The position numbers were made by a program, and so were the translations under genes. Under the pieces are notes generated by a model. That model worked only from the letters and a program-made list of their open reading frames with translations. It made no database searches and was not told the origin of the DNA. DNA of 63,945 bases, filler included, from Thelocarpon superellum (Eukaryota): the NCBI GenBank assembly GCA_026025795.1. It is 4 parts of 4 records of this genome, joined end to end, with 100 filler letters (N's around TTAATTAATTAA, not from the genome) between each part and the next. Parts side by side here need not be neighbours in the genome. Positions count along the whole stretch, not along the records: positions 49,337 to 63,945 come from JAPEUG010000427.1; 3 more parts are not named here. The stretch is one strand, 5' to 3'. Positions 60,483-63,945 of this stretch are shown piece by piece. How positions within the stretch are numbered: position 1 is the stretch's first letter; every line of letters starts with the position of its first letter.

Positions 60483-63400
60483 CTAGAGCTTGAGTAATCG
60501 CAGCATGAACGTGGCATGCTGCACCTCCTGCTCCTCCTGGAGGATGACATGCTCGGTGCCGGCGGGCGGTCCCTCGACGTGTGGGACGACGGGCCGGCGG
60601 AGCACCTTCTCGAGCATGGCCGCCTGTCCGACCAAGGCCCGCTCGAGCCCGACGTGGTCGGGATCGGTCAGGACGTGATACTCCATCTTGACATCGTCCG
60701 TTGGCACCAGCCCAGCTTTCTTGCGCAGCCGCTGGACCCGGTTGAGCACCTCGCGTGCCAGGCCCTCGTGCGCCAGCTCGGGGTGGAGGGCGACGTCGAG
60801 GATGATGAGCACGTCGTCGTCGGTGTTGGTCTCGAGGTGCTTGGACGCCTCGTCCTCCTGGAGCCCGCGCTTGACCAGGAGATCGGCGCGGTCGAGGTGG
60901 ATGCCGTCCACGGTCAGGCCCTGCTGCTGCACAAAGTCGCGCACCTGCTCGCTCGTCAGGCCCGGCAAGGCCTTTTTGATCTTCTGCGCGTCCTTCTTGA
61001 GCTTCTTGCCCAGGGTGGGCCAATCCGCCGTGACGCTGTACTGCACGCGATACTTGTGCTCGTCCGACGACAGCACGAGATCGCGCACGTTGAGCTCCTC
61101 CGTCACGTAGCTGGCCAACGACCCGATGTCCTGGAGATAGACGGGGTCGGGGTGGATGACGACGAGCGACTTCAGCGGAGTCTTGAGCCCGACCTTGCGG
61201 CGCTCGCGAGCAACGCGCGCCAGCTCGATGACTCGTTGCATCCGCCCGACCTTCCGCTCCACCTCCTCGTCGAAGAGCTCGTCGCGCACGGTTGGGAAGG
61301 GGAGGAAATGGATGCTGCGCGCGTCCGCGGCCTGGAGCGGCGCGGGGATGTGGCGCGCAAGACGCTGGTAGATGGTGTCGGTCAGGAAGGGGGCAAACGG
61401 CGCGAGACCGCGCACGGTGGTGAAGAGGACCTCGAAGAGCGTGTTGAGCGCGTGCTGCGTGTCCTTCACGCCCAACTCGCCCTTGAGCCGTCGGCGGTTG
61501 AAACGGATGTACCAGTTGGTCGTGTTGTCGATCAAGGCCAGCAGGCGGGGCACGACGGTGTAGAGGCGGTATGCTGCGCGCGCAGGTTAGCCGCGGCCCT
61601 CACCCTGACCGGACGCGGGCGAGTCGAGCGCGCACGTACCCGCCATCTCTTCATTGACAAATTTCAGCAGACTCTGGCAGCTGGCTAGGATCCATCGGTC
61701 CATCACATTCTCGTTGTGCGACTCGGCGCTTGGGTCAAAGGTGTAGTCGAGACCCTCGACCTTCTTGAGGAGCACGACCTGGCCCTCGAAGAACTTGTAG
61801 CTGTTCCACAGTGGCAACAAGACGCTGCTCACCACCTCCTTGACGCCCTGCTCCTTGAAGCGCAGCGGCTCCGCCCGCACCACAGGCGAGTTGATGAGGT
61901 AAAGGCGCAGGGCGTCCGAGCCGTACCTGTCCATGACGAGCGTCGGATCCGGGTAGTTCTTCAGCCGCTTCGACATCTTCTTGCCGTCCTCCGCCAACAC
62001 GATGCCGTTGACGACGCAATTCTTAAAGGGCGAGACGCCAAAGAGATGCGTGCCCAGCACGACGAGGGTGTAGAACCAGCCGCGCGTCTGATCCAGCCCC
62101 TCGGCCACAAAGTCGCCGGGGAAGCTGCGGTCAAAGTGCGCGCGGTTCTCAAAGGGGTAGTGCGACGAGGCGTAGGGCATGCTGCCCGACTCGAACCAGC
62201 AATCAAAGACCTCCTCGGTGCGATGGAGCACGCCCTCACCCGTCTGGCTCGGGATCGTGATGTGATCGACGGTGTCTCGGTGAAGGTCGGCGATCTCGCC
62301 CGTGTATCCGCTGAGCCGCTTGAGCTCCTCGACGCTCCCCACGCACACCTGCTCCTTGTAGTCCTCGCTGACCCAGACCGGCAGCGGCGTGCCCCAGTAT
62401 CGGTTCCGCGACACGTTCCAGTCGCGCGCGTTGGCGATCCAGCTCGCGAAGCGCTTCTCCTTGACGAAGCTCGGCACCCAGTGCGACTGCTCGATGTTGT
62501 CGAGCATCTTCGGGATGATGGGCGGGATCTGCACGAACCACGAGGACACGGCGCGGTAGATCAGGGGGGTGTCGGAGCGCCAACAATACGGATAGCTATG
62601 CGTGATCTGCGCATCCACGATGAGCCGGCCCTTTTCCTTGAGATGCTTGATGATGCCCCGATCCGCCGCCTTGACGTGCTGGCCGGCGAAGTCGCGCACC
62701 TCGGCCGTGAAACAGCCCCGTTCGTCCACGGGGTTGGGTGGCAGCCGACGCTCGTTGATGACCCCCGTGTCGACGGCGACGCGGTAATCTTCCTCGCCAA
62801 AAGCGGGGGCCTGGTGGACGAGGCCCACCCCGCTATCCGGCGTGACGTAGGTGGCATTGACGACGCGGAAGCCGACGTCTCGAAAGTCGTCGTAGAAGTA
62901 GTCGAACAAGGGCTCATATCGCCAGCCCAGCATGTCCTTTCCGAGGATCTTCTCGACGACGGTGTACTTGGCCTTCTTGGGGTCTTTGTAGAGGGTCTTG
63001 ATCAAGGACTCCAGCAGGATGTAGTGGTGCTGGCTCGGCTCCTCGCGGATCTTGACGTAGGTGAAGTCCGGATGGGCGGCGAGGCTGGTGTGGGAGGGCA
63101 GGGTCCAGGGTGTGGTGGTCCAGGCCAACAGGCTCGTCGTCGGGTCATCAAGGAGGGGAAAGGACACCACGACGGCGGGATCTTGGGTGTCTTTGTAGTT
63201 CTGCTGGGCCTCGAAGTTACTGAGCGGGGTGTTGAGCGCGGTGGAGTAGGGCATGACGCGGTAGCCCCGGTAGACGACGCCCTTGTCGTAGAGCTGCTTG
63301 AACACCCACCACACCGACTCCATAAAGGCCGGATTCATCGTCTGCCTCGAGCTCGGTCAGTTGGGGCGTTGCAGAGGGACTCATCAGGTCCGGGGGGGAG

Positions 63401-63851
63401 GGGGGGGTCAGGGGCGACGGACCTTGTAGTCATTGTCAAAGTCGACCCACCGGCCCAACCGCTCGATGGTCTGGCGCCACTCGGCCGCAAAGCGCATGAC
63501 AATGGCCCGGCACTCCTCGTTGTAGCGGGTGATGCCCAGGTCCATGACGGCCTGCTTGCCCGAGATGCCGAGCTTCTTGTCGATCTCGTGCTCGATGGGC
63601 AGCCCATGGGTGTCCCAGCCAAAGCGCCGCTCGACATAGTAGCCCTTCATGGACCAGTAGCGGCCGATGATGTCCTTGATGGTCGAGGTGAGCAGATGGC
63701 CGTAGTGCGGCAAGCCCGTGGCAAACGGCGGGCCATCGTAGAAGGTGTAGGGCCTGCCGCCCTTGGAGAGTTCCACCTGGCGCTCGAACGCCTTGATCTC
63801 CCGCCAGCGCTGCAAGACGGCCTCTTCTTCTTTGGGGAAATCGATCGACAT
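60483..63851 (-). CDS. ILS1: Cytosolic isoleucyl-tRNA synthetase
   Basis: DGPPFATGLPHYGH (HIGH motif), WTTTPWTLP editing motif, GLDQTRGWFY, KMSKR. Introns 63422-63342 and 61639-61574. Confidence 0.97.
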
Positions 63852-63945
63852 GGTCGGCCTCCTCGGAAGACGACGTGACTCGGTGAGGAGTCGAGGAGGC
63901 CCGAGAATGGCGACTTACGTGGGGTGGAGGGAGGGCCCGAAGTCT

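Noticed and set aside
60483..60494. ILS1 C-terminal -LKL as a peroxisomal targeting signal
   Set aside because: Leu at position -3 does not fit the PTS1 consensus, and there is no readthrough context at the stop.

Overview
GC-rich, intron-containing fungal DNA (Pezizomycotina-type ascomycete, judged from gene content and GT..CTRAY..AG introns of mostly 44-110 nt). The window is not one locus. Four unrelated ~16-kb contigs are joined by an artificial 100-nt linker (44 N + TTAATTAATTAA + 44 N) at 16385, 32833 and 49237. I rebuilt 21 protein-coding genes by hand, most of them spliced. Contig 1: GH3 beta-glucosidase, STT4, MFS efflux pump, CDF transporter. Contig 2: SMC4, ELYS-like, CYP52, a Cys-rich secreted orphan, CUE3/ASCC2-like, RPS20, NUP42/AMO1-like. 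Contig 3: ZZ/EF-hand protein, PRP17, ERV14, MAP1, BNA4, MEF1, 5'-truncated NMT1. Contig 4: an atypical amino-acid permease, SFI1, an NDUFAF8-like microprotein, ILS1. Best leads: (1) a solo-LTR-like element on two different contigs, each copy in a housekeeping promoter, carrying paired CACGTG E-boxes and RIP-type mutations; (2) CUE3 head-to-head with RPS20, the protein whose ubiquitin mark Cue3 reads; (3) an 18-Cys secreted orphan hidden by an intron; (4) substrate-site changes in the permease and the GH3 enzyme. No rRNA, tRNA or CRISPR array was recognised. All calls come from motif recognition; no database search was run.
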